IMG/VR virus record: IMGVR_UViG_3300044819_000016
Location: 1-64,000 of that record
Reading direction: 5' to 3' (one strand)
DNA from: a virus
Length of the DNA stretch: 64,000 bases
Shown here: positions 25,614 through 36,532 of the stretch, one piece after another
How the letters are laid out: every line of letters begins with the position of its first letter
Numbering within the stretch: the first letter of the stretch is position 1
Made by a program: the position numbers and the translations under genes
Notes under the pieces: generated by a model
What the model saw: the letters and a program-made list of their open reading frames with translations, nothing else
The model's database searches: none
Told to the model about the DNA's origin: nothing

Positions 25614-28565
25614 GCCGTCAACCAACCGCCGGTGAAGTCGCTACCCCGCACCGTCGCGTCCCCGCAGCCGATTTTTCCTTCAGGTACCTCCGGCGGAGGA
25701 ACACCTGCGGCCACGTCTATGCCGCAGTCTACGGCCACATCTGGGGCCTATCCTGTCGGGTCAAAGTACACCCCCGGAAGCTTTACCTACACCTCCGGAA
25801 CCGGAACGGCATACGGGCTCACCAAAGCAGATGCTGGGAACGGGAATTCATATTACGAATACCCGGACGGAAGTCGGACTCTCGTCGGACCCGACGGCAC
25901 TGTGCTCGGCAACCAGGCGCCGAGCAGTCCGACACCTGGAGGAACGCCAAGTTCCACCGGGGGGCCCGTTCAGTACCCGCCGGGGTGGGACCCAACCAAG
26001 GGAACATCGGTCAACTCTGACGGGACCGTCAGGAATGCTGATTATGGAACCAACCCGGATGGGACAGTTTCGGCAAGCACCGCGCAGGGCGTGCAGCAGG
26101 CGCTGGCAGCTGGCTACCCGCTCAACAAGATCCAGGTCCCCGTCGTTTCCGATGGCTTCAACGGTGGGCCTCCGACGACGACCTACACCACCGCCGACAA
26201 AGGCGGAATCCTCGATCCGAACGACGGCAAGACCCACACCCTGAGTTCCACCGGAGTCGAAGGCGGAACGCCGGCACCGAAGAACCTCCTCGATGCACTT
26301 GGATCCGGCGTCCCCTTCGTAAGCCCTGTTCTCGCCGCCGGTACTGGACTCGTTACCGACGTCGCCAACAAAGTCGCCGGCCTGCTTCCCCCAACTTCCG
26401 GTGGATCTGGAGGCGCCGCTCCGACGGTGGCGAATGGACCGGCAATCTCTGCCGCGATCACGGCAGCCCAGAACCAGGCGGACGCCGCGCAGAACGCCGC
26501 CAACAACTATCAGCCGATCTCGTCGCCGACCATCGGCTACGTCCCCGCGACTCAGGCCGGTCACGCCACGGCTGGCGTCTCCCAGGGCTATGGCGCCACC
26601 GGCGGAGTCTCCCAGGGCTATGCCGCCGCCGCCGGCCAGGTCGGCGCCTATCAGGCTGCCCCCTACACCGCGCCGATCCAGGCTGGTCACGCGACCGCTG
26701 GAGTCGCCACGGCGGGGCAGATCGCCTCGACGGCCCTCGCCGCCAAGCAACAGGCGATCGTCGCGCAGCAGATCCAGGCGGCCCTCGTCGCCCAGCAGCC
26801 TGCCATCCAGGCCCAGCAGGTCACGGCGGCCCAGGCCGGGCGGACCATCGTCGGCCCCACCGCGCTCGCCGACCAGTCCCAGATCGCTCCGGTGGATCTG
26901 GCCGGCAACACGACCATCGACCAGGGCGAATCCGAGCAGGCCCGCGCCGCTCAGACCGACCTGATTGGCCAACTCCAGGGCACGATCGCGGGCACTTCTC
27001 CGTCCGTCGCCGCCATCATGCTCCGCCAGGAGACGGAGCGGAACATCGCGAGCCAGTACGCCCTCGGCGCCGCCGCCAGCGCACAGAACAGCGGGCTCGC
27101 CCAGCGGACGGCGATGATCAATGCCGCGAACCTGAACCAGCAGGCGATCGGCCAGCAGGCCCTTCTTCGCGCCCAGGAGATCGCGACCGCCCAGGGACTT
27201 CTCGGGACGACTGCCGGCGCCGAGCGGACCTCGGACATCAACGTGGCCACGTCCCAGGCTGACCTCAGCCAGCAGGTCATCCTCGCGAACGCCGGGTTCA
27301 CGAACACCCAGAACATGACCCAAGCCCAACTCGACCAGGCGGTCAAGTTGGCGAACGCTGGGTTCAAGAACACCGCGACCACGACCCAGGCCCAGCTCGA
27401 TCAGGCAACCGCGGCCCTGAACGTCACGCAGGCGAACACCGTCAACCTCGCGAACGCGAAGAACGCCCTCGACGCCGCGACCACGAACGTCACCCTCGCC
27501 CAGCAGGCGATGCTCGCGAACCAGTCGGCCGAAAATGCGGCGCGCCTCGCGAACGCGCAGAACGCCCTCGCCGCCGCGACGACCAACGCCCAGCTTGCCC
27601 AGCAGGTCGAGCTTCAGAACGCAGCGGCCATCAACCAGACGAACACCACGAACGCGACGCTGTCGACGAACACGTCGATCGCGAACGCCGGGTACGCGAC
27701 CCAGGCGTCCATCACGAACGCCAACAACATCACCTCGGCGAACACGGCGTCTGCTCAGCTTGCGAACGCGATCTCAATCGCGAACGCGAACAACCAGAGC
27801 CAGATGCAGGTCGCCCAGGCCGCTGACACTACGAACGCGAACATCGCGACCGCCGGCAACTTCACTCAGTCCTCGGTCGCGAACGCCAAGAACGCGACCG
27901 ACGCGAGCATCGCATCGGCCCAAAACTACACCTCGTCCTCGGAGAACAACGCGACCAACGCGACGAACGCCTCCGAGAACAACGCGACGAACGAAACGAA
28001 TGCCTCGATCAACACGGCGACGCTTGCGAACGCCGTGAACATCAACAACGCATCGAACGCCGTGACGACCGCGGGCCAGAACATCACCGCGAAGCAGAAC
28101 GCAGCCGGGAACGCAATCACTGCCGAGGGCAACGTCATCTCGGGTCAGGTCGGGATGGCGAACGCAGCCAACGGAGCGGTCTCGGCCGCCGCCGCTATGA
28201 AGGCCGCCAACAACAACGATCCGTCAAATCCGTTCAACATCATAAAAAACATCCCGGTCCCAGGTTCCGATCGTCGCGGCAAAAAGGATATCAAAGATGC
28301 CGAGATGGACGTGAAGAAGCTGGTTGCTTCTCTCTCGGCAAAGAGCTTTGCCTACAAGGACACCTCGAAGCCAGGAACGGCTCCGGGTAGGCGTTGGGGA
28401 GTCATGGCACAGGATCTGGAAAAGACCTCTGCTGGAAAGTCCCTGGTCATGGAAACCCCAACCGGAAAGATGATCGATGCCTCTCAAGCTGTCATGACGG
28501 CGCTCGCTGCTCTCGGCCACGTCGCCAAGCGGCTCGACAAGGTCGAAAAGCGGGTGTCGCGATGA
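25611..28565 (+). CDS. Internal virion/ejection protein with C-terminal peptidase S74 (intramolecular chaperone) domain
   Basis: A/N/Q/T-rich helical repeats; SDRRGKKDI...F.YK...GVMAQDLEK signature. Confidence 0.8.
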   Translation: MAVNQPPVKSLPRTVASPQPIFPSGTSGGGTPAATSMPQSTATSGAYPVGSKYTPGSFTYTSGTGTAYGLTKADAGNGNSYYEYPDGSRTLVGPDGTVLGNQAPSSPTPGGTPSSTGGPVQYPPGWDPTKGTSVNSDGTVRNADYGTNPDGTVSASTAQGVQQALAAGYPLNKIQVPVVSDGFNGGPPTTTYTTADKGGILDPNDGKTHTLSSTGVEGGTPAPKNLLDALGSGVPFVSPVLAAGTGLVTDVANKVAGLLPPTSGGSGGAAPTVANGPAISAAITAAQNQADAAQNAANNYQPISSPTIGYVPATQAGHATAGVSQGYGATGGVSQGYAAAAGQVGAYQAAPYTAPIQAGHATAGVATAGQIASTALAAKQQAIVAQQIQAALVAQQPAIQAQQVTAAQAGRTIVGPTALADQSQIAPVDLAGNTTIDQGESEQARAAQTDLIGQLQGTIAGTSPSVAAIMLRQETERNIASQYALGAAASAQNSGLAQRTAMINAANLNQQAIGQQALLRAQEIATAQGLLGTTAGAERTSDINVATSQADLSQQVILANAGFTNTQNMTQAQLDQAVKLANAGFKNTATTTQAQLDQATAALNVTQANTVNLANAKNALDAATTNVTLAQQAMLANQSAENAARLANAQNALAAATTNAQLAQQVELQNAAAINQTNTTNATLSTNTSIANAGYATQASITNANNITSANTASAQLANAISIANANNQSQMQVAQAADTTNANIATAGNFTQSSVANAKNATDASIASAQNYTSSSENNATNATNASENNATNETNASINTATLANAVNINNASNAVTTAGQNITAKQNAAGNAITAEGNVISGQVGMANAANGAVSAAAAMKAANNNDPSNPFNIIKNIPVPGSDRRGKKDIKDAEMDVKKLVASLSAKSFAYKDTSKPGTAPGRRWGVMAQDLEKTSAGKSLVMETPTGKMIDASQAVMTALAALGHVAKRLDKVEKRVSR

Positions 28566-29104
28566 GGACCGGCTACCTCGATCGGGCGAGCGGCCAGTGG
28601 GTGGACACCGCGCCACCCGACCAACTCCCCGATCCGCCGCCCGAGCCGGTGGCGAATACGGCCCCGGCGATGAAAGCCGGTCCGAGCGGATCGACGCTCG
28701 CCCAGCGCGCCGCCGCGATCAAGGTCCTCCGGCACCCGGACGCCACCCCGAAGGACATCGCCGCCGCCCGGACGACCCTCCTAGGGTTCACCCCACGCGA
28801 GGTCCAGGTCGGCGAGGATGGGCTCGTGCGGCCGATGCCGGGGCCAGTTGGCGGTCTCCCGGCGACGGCGCCCCCCGTCGCGCCGCCGCCCGCGCCGGGC
28901 GCCCCCGACATCAACGCCCAGCAGATGCCCCCGCCCGATGCCCCTGTGGATCTCCCCGGGATGCCGACCGTGAACGTCGGCGACGATGATCTCGTGCATC
29001 CGGCGCCCCCCGCAGCCGCCGCCCCCGATCCGACCACCATGACCAAGGCGCAAAAGGCGCGAATGATCCAGGCCAACCGCCAGAAGAACATCGGAGCCCT
29101 CTAA
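28562..29104 (+). CDS. Pro-rich hypothetical virion protein
   Basis: ATGA and TAATG coupling. Confidence 0.7.
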   Translation: MRTGYLDRASGQWVDTAPPDQLPDPPPEPVANTAPAMKAGPSGSTLAQRAAAIKVLRHPDATPKDIAAARTTLLGFTPREVQVGEDGLVRPMPGPVGGLPATAPPVAPPPAPGAPDINAQQMPPPDAPVDLPGMPTVNVGDDDLVHPAPPAAAAPDPTTMTKAQKARMIQANRQKNIGAL

Positions 29105-31371
29105 TGCCGACCCCGAATCTCGCTGCCCGCGCCCGGATGATCCAGAGCTTCCGCGCCAACTCCGCCAATCACGCCGACTGGATCCGTCGGCGGGACGCCA
29201 TGCACCGTGGCGACCAGGACAAGTCCACGCCCGAGCGGAACGCCCCGGCTCACTTCAACGCCCCCGGGAAGGCGTCGGTTGATGAGAAGGCGTCCGGGAA
29301 GGTCACATCCCGCGACGCCGCCCCGAAGGTCACCAACTCGGGCTCCCAGCAGGCTTCGTCCAAGACGACTGCCAAGGTCGCCGCGCCGTCCAAGTCTGTG
29401 CAGGAGAAGGCCGACCCGGAGCGGGCGACCGAAGCGGCTCGCCATGACCCGGTGGCGCATACCGCCGACACGGCGCAGCCGTCACGTCCGGCGCCGGCCA
29501 AGTCCCCCGAGCGCGCCCCCGAGCCGGCGGCACGCCCCGCGGCCACCCCGGCCAAGGCCCCTGCGCCCTCGCAGGCGCCCCGCGCCGCCGTCCAGGCTGC
29601 GCCGGCCCCCTCGGCCAAGCCGAACGCCGTGGCGGCGAAGCCAGCGGCCCCCGGCGCCACGTCCGGGGCCGCCGTCCCGAACACCAAGATGGCTCTGAAC
29701 CCGAAGGCTGTACCCGCTGCCACCCCTGCCGCCGCCGCGCCGCCCGCGGCCGGCTCCTCCCGGCTCCTCCCGGCGACCAAGGGCCAGATGCCGCTCTCTC
29801 GCCTGCCGCCCGCGACGGGCCCGGGATCGCCCCAGAGTTTCCTCCCACTCGCTCAGTCGATTGTCGCGAAAGGTGGGCTCCCTGGTCTGCCCCTCGCACC
29901 TCCTCGGATCGGCCCGGACGGCAAGCCGACGTCGCCCCTCTCGACGACCACCCTGACCCCGGCGACCCTCCAGGCCGTCGCGCAGCACGTCGCCGCCACG
30001 GGCCCGGGGGCATCTCACCTCACCCAGAGCGTCCAGAACGGCGTCCAGCCGCCGCTGTTCGGGCCCGGGAACAAGATCCTGCCGGCCAAGATCCTGAGCC
30101 CGGCAGAGCGCGCCCAGGCCATCCAGGCGTTCCAGAAGGGCGGACCCAACCGGGACGTCGACTGGCTCCGTGACCGCGCGCGCCTCGCGCAGACCGTTCA
30201 GACCGGCGCGCCGCCGGCCCAGGCTGCCGCTGCCGCCGTCAAGGCCGCCATCCCGGCGTCCGTTGCCGCCGCCGCGCCGGTCACCGCAACGAGCGCCGCC
30301 CCTGTGACGGCCGCTGCTGCGCCCGCGCCCGTGGTGCCTCCGGTTCCCGCCGCCGCGCCGATCGCCCCTCCGGTGGCGGCCGCTGCCCCCGCGCCGTCCG
30401 ATCTCACGATCCCGGCCGCCGCGCCGGCCCCGGTCGCGCCCCCCTCGGACCTCACGATCCCCGCGGTCGCGGCTCCAGACGTCGCCCCCACCCCGCCCGC
30501 GGTGGCCCTGCCGCCCGTGGTCGCCGCCCCGGCGGCCCCGGACGCATCCCAGATCGCGCCACCCGTGGCCGCGCCCGATCAGTCCGCCCTCACCATCCCG
30601 ACGGACAACTCGGTCGCCCCGGCGCCGGTGGACGCCTCGGCCCCGGTGGCGCCGCCCGTGCCGGTCCCGGCCCAGGATGATCAGACGCTCCTGGCCCAAG
30701 CCATCGCCGCCTCGCCGCCGCCCCCGCCGGCAGTCGAGCCCTACGCCTACGTCGCGCCGGTGCAGGATCAGAGCATCGCACCGGACGCGGTGGCGCCGGT
30801 TCCCGTGGAAGCACCGGCTCCCACGGTGGCACCGGACGTCACGGTGCCGGCCCCCGCGGCGCCCGCGGCGGCTCCTCCCGCGCCTGCCACCCCTGCCGGC
30901 CCCTCGGACGCCGACATCCAGGCCGCGCTCCAGGCGTCCCAGGCTGTCCAGCCCACTACCACGCCGCCGGCCGACACCAGCACCCCGGCTGTTCCAGCTC
31001 CCGACACGTCCACCCCGGCGACGCCCGCGCCGGCTCCCGACACGTCGGCGCCCCCGGCCGCCCCGGCGCCGGCCCCCGCGGCGTCCCCTTCGGACGACTC
31101 CTCCAACCTCGCCGCCGCGATCCAGGCGGCAGCCGCTCCCCAGCCGGCCCCGGCTCCTCAGCCGTCGGCAGGCGCTGCCGCCCCCGCGGCCACCCCGGCG
31201 TCACCCGACACCAGCACCCCGCCGCCGGCTCCCGCCGCCCCGAAGTTCGACGTCGAGCACCCGACCGGGTACTCGGATGACGATCTCCAGGCGGCTCTCC
31301 GCGCCCAGCGCGCCGCGATGTACGGGCCCGGGACGACCTCGGGCACCTCCAACCAGGGGCTCGCCTACTGA
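29104..31371 (+). CDS. Pro/Ala-rich low-complexity protein (755 aa)
   Basis: Long ORF coupled at both ends; GC3-rich codon usage. Confidence 0.75.
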   Translation: MPTPNLAARARMIQSFRANSANHADWIRRRDAMHRGDQDKSTPERNAPAHFNAPGKASVDEKASGKVTSRDAAPKVTNSGSQQASSKTTAKVAAPSKSVQEKADPERATEAARHDPVAHTADTAQPSRPAPAKSPERAPEPAARPAATPAKAPAPSQAPRAAVQAAPAPSAKPNAVAAKPAAPGATSGAAVPNTKMALNPKAVPAATPAAAAPPAAGSSRLLPATKGQMPLSRLPPATGPGSPQSFLPLAQSIVAKGGLPGLPLAPPRIGPDGKPTSPLSTTTLTPATLQAVAQHVAATGPGASHLTQSVQNGVQPPLFGPGNKILPAKILSPAERAQAIQAFQKGGPNRDVDWLRDRARLAQTVQTGAPPAQAAAAAVKAAIPASVAAAAPVTATSAAPVTAAAAPAPVVPPVPAAAPIAPPVAAAAPAPSDLTIPAAAPAPVAPPSDLTIPAVAAPDVAPTPPAVALPPVVAAPAAPDASQIAPPVAAPDQSALTIPTDNSVAPAPVDASAPVAPPVPVPAQDDQTLLAQAIAASPPPPPAVEPYAYVAPVQDQSIAPDAVAPVPVEAPAPTVAPDVTVPAPAAPAAAPPAPATPAGPSDADIQAALQASQAVQPTTTPPADTSTPAVPAPDTSTPATPAPAPDTSAPPAAPAPAPAASPSDDSSNLAAAIQAAAAPQPAPAPQPSAGAAAPAATPASPDTSTPPPAPAAPKFDVEHPTGYSDDDLQAALRAQRAAMYGPGTTSGTSNQGLAY

Positions 31372-33773
31372 TGGCCTACCTCGACCCAGCTACCGGCAAC
31401 TGGATCAATGACGATGGGACCGTTGCGCCCGGCGGAATGGTCAACCAGCAGCAGGCGGACAACACGCCGCCGCTGATCCCGCCGCCGCCCGATCCGAACG
31501 TGCCCCCCGCGCCCACCTTCGGGCCCGAGGAGCAGACCGGGGATCGGGCACCATCGCTGACGTTCAATCCTCAGCCGGGCCCGAATGACGTCCTCCCCCC
31601 GGGCTACGGGCAGACCGGCGCGAACGGGATGCCCCTCGTCGACATCCCCGGGACGGACATCCCCGAGCCCGGGCAGGGCCCCGCAGTGCCGCCACCTCCG
31701 ATGGCGACCGGCGAGGAGGGCCCGACGGCGACGCCAGGCGATCCGACCCTGAAATTCGGGAGCGACATGGTCCCCCCGGACGCTGGCCCGACCGCCATCC
31801 CCGGCGAGCCCAGCCCTCCGAAATTCGGGACCGACATCCTTCCGGGCGAGCCGACGGCGACGCCGGGCGAGCCCGTGGTCAAGACGGGCGCCGACATGGC
31901 TCCGATGTCCCCGGACGACATGGTTCCCCAGGAGACCGGCGGCGATCTCCAGCCGTCGGCGAGCATGCAACTCCCCGAGCCGGCGCTCGGCGGCGCTCCG
32001 CCCGCTGGCCCGAGCCTTGGGCTGCCGCCCCTCTCCGGGCCTGGCGTGCCGCCTGCCGATCTGCAACTGACGCCCCCGGGCGCCCCCACCATCGCGGGCG
32101 CCCCGAGCCCGGAGAGTCCCATCGGCGCCCCCGAGGGCGGACCCGTCCAGCCCGGCACCAAGGAGGATCTCCTCGGAGAAGCCGTCACGAACCGCCAGGC
32201 GCAGGAGAAACTCGACGAGGATAAGGCGCGGACGACCGCCGCCTCGGCGAACAAGATCGCCGAGATTCGATCTCAAGCGGCGAAGGCCGCCCAGCTGATC
32301 ATCAACCAGGGACAGAGCGATCTCGCGACCGCCCGCCAGCAGCAGAAGGACGACTACGACAAGTATCGCGAGATGGGCGAGAAATCCGTGTGGGGCGACA
32401 ACCCGACGCGGAACATGGTCCTCGCCGGGATCGCGGCCATCGTCGGGGCTCGCCTTGGCCTCGGATACAAGCTGGCCGGCGCCATCGTCATCACCGCAGT
32501 CAACCGGCTGGAGGAGGAGAAGAAGATCGCGATCGCTCAGCAGGGGAAGCTGCTGGAGCAGGACGGAAAGAACGTCGAGCAGGTCCAGGCCATCGCCGAC
32601 AAGAAACTCGCCAACTGGCAGGTCCAGAAGGCCGCGGGGCTCGACGCCACCGTTGCGCGCGCCGAGGCAGAGATGGCGGCGAAGGGGATCCCCCAGGCCC
32701 AGATCGACGCGAACAAGGACATCATCCTCCTGAAGCAGGCCGCCGAGGACGCGAAAGAAAAGGCCGACATCCAGGCGCACAAGGTCGCCGAGGACAAGAT
32801 CAAGGACGAGCTTGCGGCGCGCAAGGCGCAGGCCCAGATCGATCTCGACGAGGCCAACGCGCGGAAGGCCGACCGCTGGCCGAACAAGAAGGCCGGTGGC
32901 GGCGGTGGCGGCGGTGGCCCGTCGATGGACGATGCGGTGATCAAGTGGAAGAAGATCGTCCAGGACGGCGTCGCCGATCCGACCACCGAGAGTGGGCGCC
33001 GCCCGTTGACGCCGGCCGAGAAGGATCAGGCGGCGAAGGATCTTCACATCCCGCTCATGGGGAAGCCGAACACCATCAACGCGGCGGCTCTCGACAAGGA
33101 AGTCGCGTTCGATGCGAGCCAGAAGCGCCAGGAGAGCCGAGCGGGCCTCCAGAATGAGAAGCAGCTTTCGAAGGAAGCTGAATCCTGGGCGCGGACCAAC
33201 GACGTCAAGAAGATCACGGAGGCACAGGCCGAGCTTGGGAAGCTTCACAAGGTGCTCCAGGACAACCCGCACAATCCCGAGGCCCAGGCCCTTGGGCTCG
33301 AAAGCGCCGTCGCGGCGGCACGTCACGGCGTCGCATCGAAGCAGGCCCTGAACCTCGCGCTGCAACACCTCGGCGGCACACTGGACACCGCCGGAGGCAT
33401 CATCGCCGGAGTCAGGTCGGGCGAAATCGGCCCCGGCCAGATGAAGAACTTCAACGACTTCCTCAACGGCCAGATCAGCGCCGTGCAGGCCGAAGGGCGC
33501 GCAAAGTACGATGCCTTCAACAAGTACGCTGACTCTCAGTCGCCGGCACTGCGCCAGTCCCTGATCTCCCAGCGCGGCCGCCTGTTCTCCGGGATGGACG
33601 GATTCGGCGGCCAAACCGGAAACGCAATGAACGCCGCCGCCGCACCGAAGACAATCCCGATCCGCACGCTCAAAGACGAACTGCTCAGGAAGAAGGCGCT
33701 CGCGACGCTGCCGAATGACCCGTTCTATGCGACCGCGCAGCAGTGGCTCGCCACCCATGGTGTCGCGCAATGA
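31371..33773 (+). CDS. Internal virion (ejection) protein
   Basis: Pro-rich N-terminus, hydrophobic segment VLAGIAAIVGARLGLGYKLAGAIVI, long coiled coils. Confidence 0.75.
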   Translation: MAYLDPATGNWINDDGTVAPGGMVNQQQADNTPPLIPPPPDPNVPPAPTFGPEEQTGDRAPSLTFNPQPGPNDVLPPGYGQTGANGMPLVDIPGTDIPEPGQGPAVPPPPMATGEEGPTATPGDPTLKFGSDMVPPDAGPTAIPGEPSPPKFGTDILPGEPTATPGEPVVKTGADMAPMSPDDMVPQETGGDLQPSASMQLPEPALGGAPPAGPSLGLPPLSGPGVPPADLQLTPPGAPTIAGAPSPESPIGAPEGGPVQPGTKEDLLGEAVTNRQAQEKLDEDKARTTAASANKIAEIRSQAAKAAQLIINQGQSDLATARQQQKDDYDKYREMGEKSVWGDNPTRNMVLAGIAAIVGARLGLGYKLAGAIVITAVNRLEEEKKIAIAQQGKLLEQDGKNVEQVQAIADKKLANWQVQKAAGLDATVARAEAEMAAKGIPQAQIDANKDIILLKQAAEDAKEKADIQAHKVAEDKIKDELAARKAQAQIDLDEANARKADRWPNKKAGGGGGGGGPSMDDAVIKWKKIVQDGVADPTTESGRRPLTPAEKDQAAKDLHIPLMGKPNTINAAALDKEVAFDASQKRQESRAGLQNEKQLSKEAESWARTNDVKKITEAQAELGKLHKVLQDNPHNPEAQALGLESAVAAARHGVASKQALNLALQHLGGTLDTAGGIIAGVRSGEIGPGQMKNFNDFLNGQISAVQAEGRAKYDAFNKYADSQSPALRQSLISQRGRLFSGMDGFGGQTGNAMNAAAAPKTIPIRTLKDELLRKKALATLPNDPFYATAQQWLATHGVAQ

Positions 33774-36532
33774 CCGACCCGTTCGCCGCTGACCTGGCGG
33801 CCAAGGGAATCGGCGGCGCGGACGACGACGTCGATCCCGAAACCCCCTGGCTCAAGAAGGGCTACAAGCCCGATCCCTTCGCCGCTGACCTGGCGGCCAA
33901 GGGCGTCGGCCTTGCGCCCGACGACACCTCGCGGAAGTTCCCGAACAACACTGGGCCCGACGTCGATCTGCGTCTAAAGGAGGAGGCCGCAGCCGCCGCG
34001 CCGCCGTCCATTGCGCATGACATCGGGCAGAGCTTCGCGAACTTCGGGTCAACTGTCGCGAAGGGCGCGGGCGCCGCCGCGCGCCTGGCATCGCCGCTCG
34101 GCACGGACGACAAGGGGGGCATCGGGCTCCACATCCCGTTCTCCGATCTGAGTCAGGCCCCCTACCGCCGAGAAGCCGAGCGTGGCGTCTCCGACGTCGT
34201 CACCGGCGGACTGGCGGAGCGCGTCGCCAACTCGCTGGATCCTGCCTTCGCCGCGTCCGGCGAGTCCGACAAAGCCGCCGCCCCGGGTGTCCGTGAAGCC
34301 GCGCAACTTGGCGGCTCGGTCCTCCCAAGCCCATTCCGCTGGCTCGGGGAGCAGGCCGCACCCGTCGCAGGGGCCCTGGCAGAGCGCGCAGGGGCCGGGA
34401 ACGTCGTCCAAGCCGCTACCCGCGGGGCGGCCGCCTACGAGGGGCAGGCGGTTCCCCTGGCGGTTGTAGCGGCACCTGACGGTCGTCGCATGGACGCCGC
34501 GGAGCGCGCGGCTCTAGATCCTGCCGGGCTCGCCCTGGCCGCCGGGGCCCCCGCCGCCACCGAGGCAGCCACGAGCACTGATGCCATCGCCGCCGCCAAG
34601 GCTCGGATGATCCAGGCGGCGCGCCGGTACGCCGTGAAGGATCTGGGTACGGACATCACAAGCGCCGACGGCGTCCGGGCCCGCGTCACGGACCAGAAGC
34701 GGATCGCCGAGGTCAACGACCGCCTGTTCAACACCGTCTCGCAACTCGACAAGGAGCAGCCTGGGTTCCGGAATGTGTTCCGAAAGCCGGCCTCCAAGGC
34801 GATCCCGAGGGTCGAGCAGGTCCTCCAGGACACGATGGCCCCCCGCGACGGGCTCTACCAGGAACTGGACGCGGCGTCAGTCGCCCCAAAGCCGATCCGC
34901 CGCGCGAACGAAGGGGCCATCCCGGAAACCATCGAGAACGAAGCCCCGACTGGCCGCATCGAGGACCCGAATTTCTCCCCGCCGGCAACCACGCTGAACA
35001 GCGGCGAGGACCATTTCGTCGAGGGCGCCAACGCCGACCGCCCCGAATCCCCATCGAGCCTCCGAACGACAGCAACCCACAACGCCGTGATCGACTATCC
35101 CGGGCGCCGCGCTGCCGGCGAGACCGGGTACGTACCGGTCGGCGACGAGGTCCTCCCGCATCGCGCCGAGGACGCTGTTCCTGTCTATCCGTACGAGGTA
35201 GCGCCTGGAGACATCATCTCGGAAGCTGCCGCGAAGGGCGGCGCTATGCGGCTTGTCGATCCGTATGAGGTAGCGCCTGGAGACATCATCTCGGAAGCCG
35301 ACGCGCCCAAGGGTGGCGTCCGTCACCGCCAGGCCGCGCGCGCTGTTCCTGTAGCGCCTGGAGACATCATCTCGGAAGCTGACGCGCCCAAGGCCGCGCG
35401 CGCTGTTCCTGTCGATCCGTACGAGGTAGCGCCTGGAGACATCATCTCGGAAGCCGACGCGCCCAAGGGTGGCGTCCTCCTGAAGGACATCATCGAGGGT
35501 CACCGCCAGGCCGCGCGCGATGCCGTCACTGCCGCGAAGGGCGGCGGCACGTTCGGCGAGCCCGACGCTTCCAGGTTCAACTATCGCGCCGACCAGTTCG
35601 ACCGGATCTATGGCAAGGACCTCCCGCCGAAGGTCGATCCTGACTTCGTGATCGACAAGAAGAGTGGGATGACGGCAGGCAAGATGCTGGAGATCCTGAA
35701 TCGTCGTCCTGACGCCCCTGGCATCCCGGAGGAAATTCAGAGGATCGAGAAGCTGGCGACGGTCCCCGGCGGACGAGACCCCGATGTCAGGGTCCCCGCG
35801 CTTCACTTCCGCAAGGAGGTCACGGAGAGCGGTAAGGCTGCCGAGTCTGTCCTTGGTGGCCTCGAAGGAACGCCGCGATTCGAGGCCCTCTCAAAGCTTC
35901 ACGAGGTCGGTCAGAACATCCTCAACAAGCACATCGACGAGTCGGGCATGGATCCCAACCGGATCGCCCAGCTTCGCGCGATGAACGACCGCTATTTCCT
36001 GCTGAAGCGTGCGCAGAACGCCATGGAGTCGCGCGGCTGGAAAGAAGCGAACCGACCAGGTTGGAGGCTCCCACACACGATCCGCTCCGCCGAGGCTGGT
36101 GGGCTCGCCAGCATTGCCACCTACGGTGGGTTTCATCCACACGCCATCGCACCCCTGCTTGCGACCTACGGAATCGCCCACACACTCCCGGCGATCGCGA
36201 ACCGTGTGAACTGGAGGATCGCCAACATGGAACCATCTGTTCCAGGGATGCTCCCACCGGAGCCGCGAGGTCCTGTCGACGGGCGCCTGCTGCTTGGACT
36301 CCCGAACCGGCTGGCGCGCACCGCGAGCGACACCTCGATGGCCAATGTCGCCGCCGCCGACCGCGTGCCTCAGATTGTCGGCCAGGAGGACAAGGAGAAC
36401 GATCCGAACCTGGGCGCCGGCCCGTTCGCCTCCCCGGACGATCTTCAGGACCTGGCGAAGCAGGCGATTGGCGATCCCGACGCCACGCCCGCCGAGAAGG
36501 CCCGAGCCCTCCAGATCCTCCGGGGGCAATAA
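33770..36532 (+). CDS. Large internal virion (ejection) protein
   Basis: Ala-rich helical protein; ATGA/TAATG coupling; internal repeats. Confidence 0.75.
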   Translation: MTDPFAADLAAKGIGGADDDVDPETPWLKKGYKPDPFAADLAAKGVGLAPDDTSRKFPNNTGPDVDLRLKEEAAAAAPPSIAHDIGQSFANFGSTVAKGAGAAARLASPLGTDDKGGIGLHIPFSDLSQAPYRREAERGVSDVVTGGLAERVANSLDPAFAASGESDKAAAPGVREAAQLGGSVLPSPFRWLGEQAAPVAGALAERAGAGNVVQAATRGAAAYEGQAVPLAVVAAPDGRRMDAAERAALDPAGLALAAGAPAATEAATSTDAIAAAKARMIQAARRYAVKDLGTDITSADGVRARVTDQKRIAEVNDRLFNTVSQLDKEQPGFRNVFRKPASKAIPRVEQVLQDTMAPRDGLYQELDAASVAPKPIRRANEGAIPETIENEAPTGRIEDPNFSPPATTLNSGEDHFVEGANADRPESPSSLRTTATHNAVIDYPGRRAAGETGYVPVGDEVLPHRAEDAVPVYPYEVAPGDIISEAAAKGGAMRLVDPYEVAPGDIISEADAPKGGVRHRQAARAVPVAPGDIISEADAPKAARAVPVDPYEVAPGDIISEADAPKGGVLLKDIIEGHRQAARDAVTAAKGGGTFGEPDASRFNYRADQFDRIYGKDLPPKVDPDFVIDKKSGMTAGKMLEILNRRPDAPGIPEEIQRIEKLATVPGGRDPDVRVPALHFRKEVTESGKAAESVLGGLEGTPRFEALSKLHEVGQNILNKHIDESGMDPNRIAQLRAMNDRYFLLKRAQNAMESRGWKEANRPGWRLPHTIRSAEAGGLASIATYGGFHPHAIAPLLATYGIAHTLPAIANRVNWRIANMEPSVPGMLPPEPRGPVDGRLLLGLPNRLARTASDTSMANVAAADRVPQIVGQEDKENDPNLGAGPFASPDDLQDLAKQAIGDPDATPAEKARALQILRGQ
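35173..35475 (+). repeat. Four in-frame copies of a 29-nt core (VAPGDIISEA)
   Basis: GTAGCGCCTGGAGACATCATCTCGGAAGC at 35198, 35270, 35351 and 35426. Confidence 0.9.

Noticed and set aside
35198-35454. Four identical 29-nt repeats with 43-52-nt spacers, resembling a CRISPR array
   Set aside because: All in frame within a long CDS, spacers are similar to one another, and there is no leader or cas gene.
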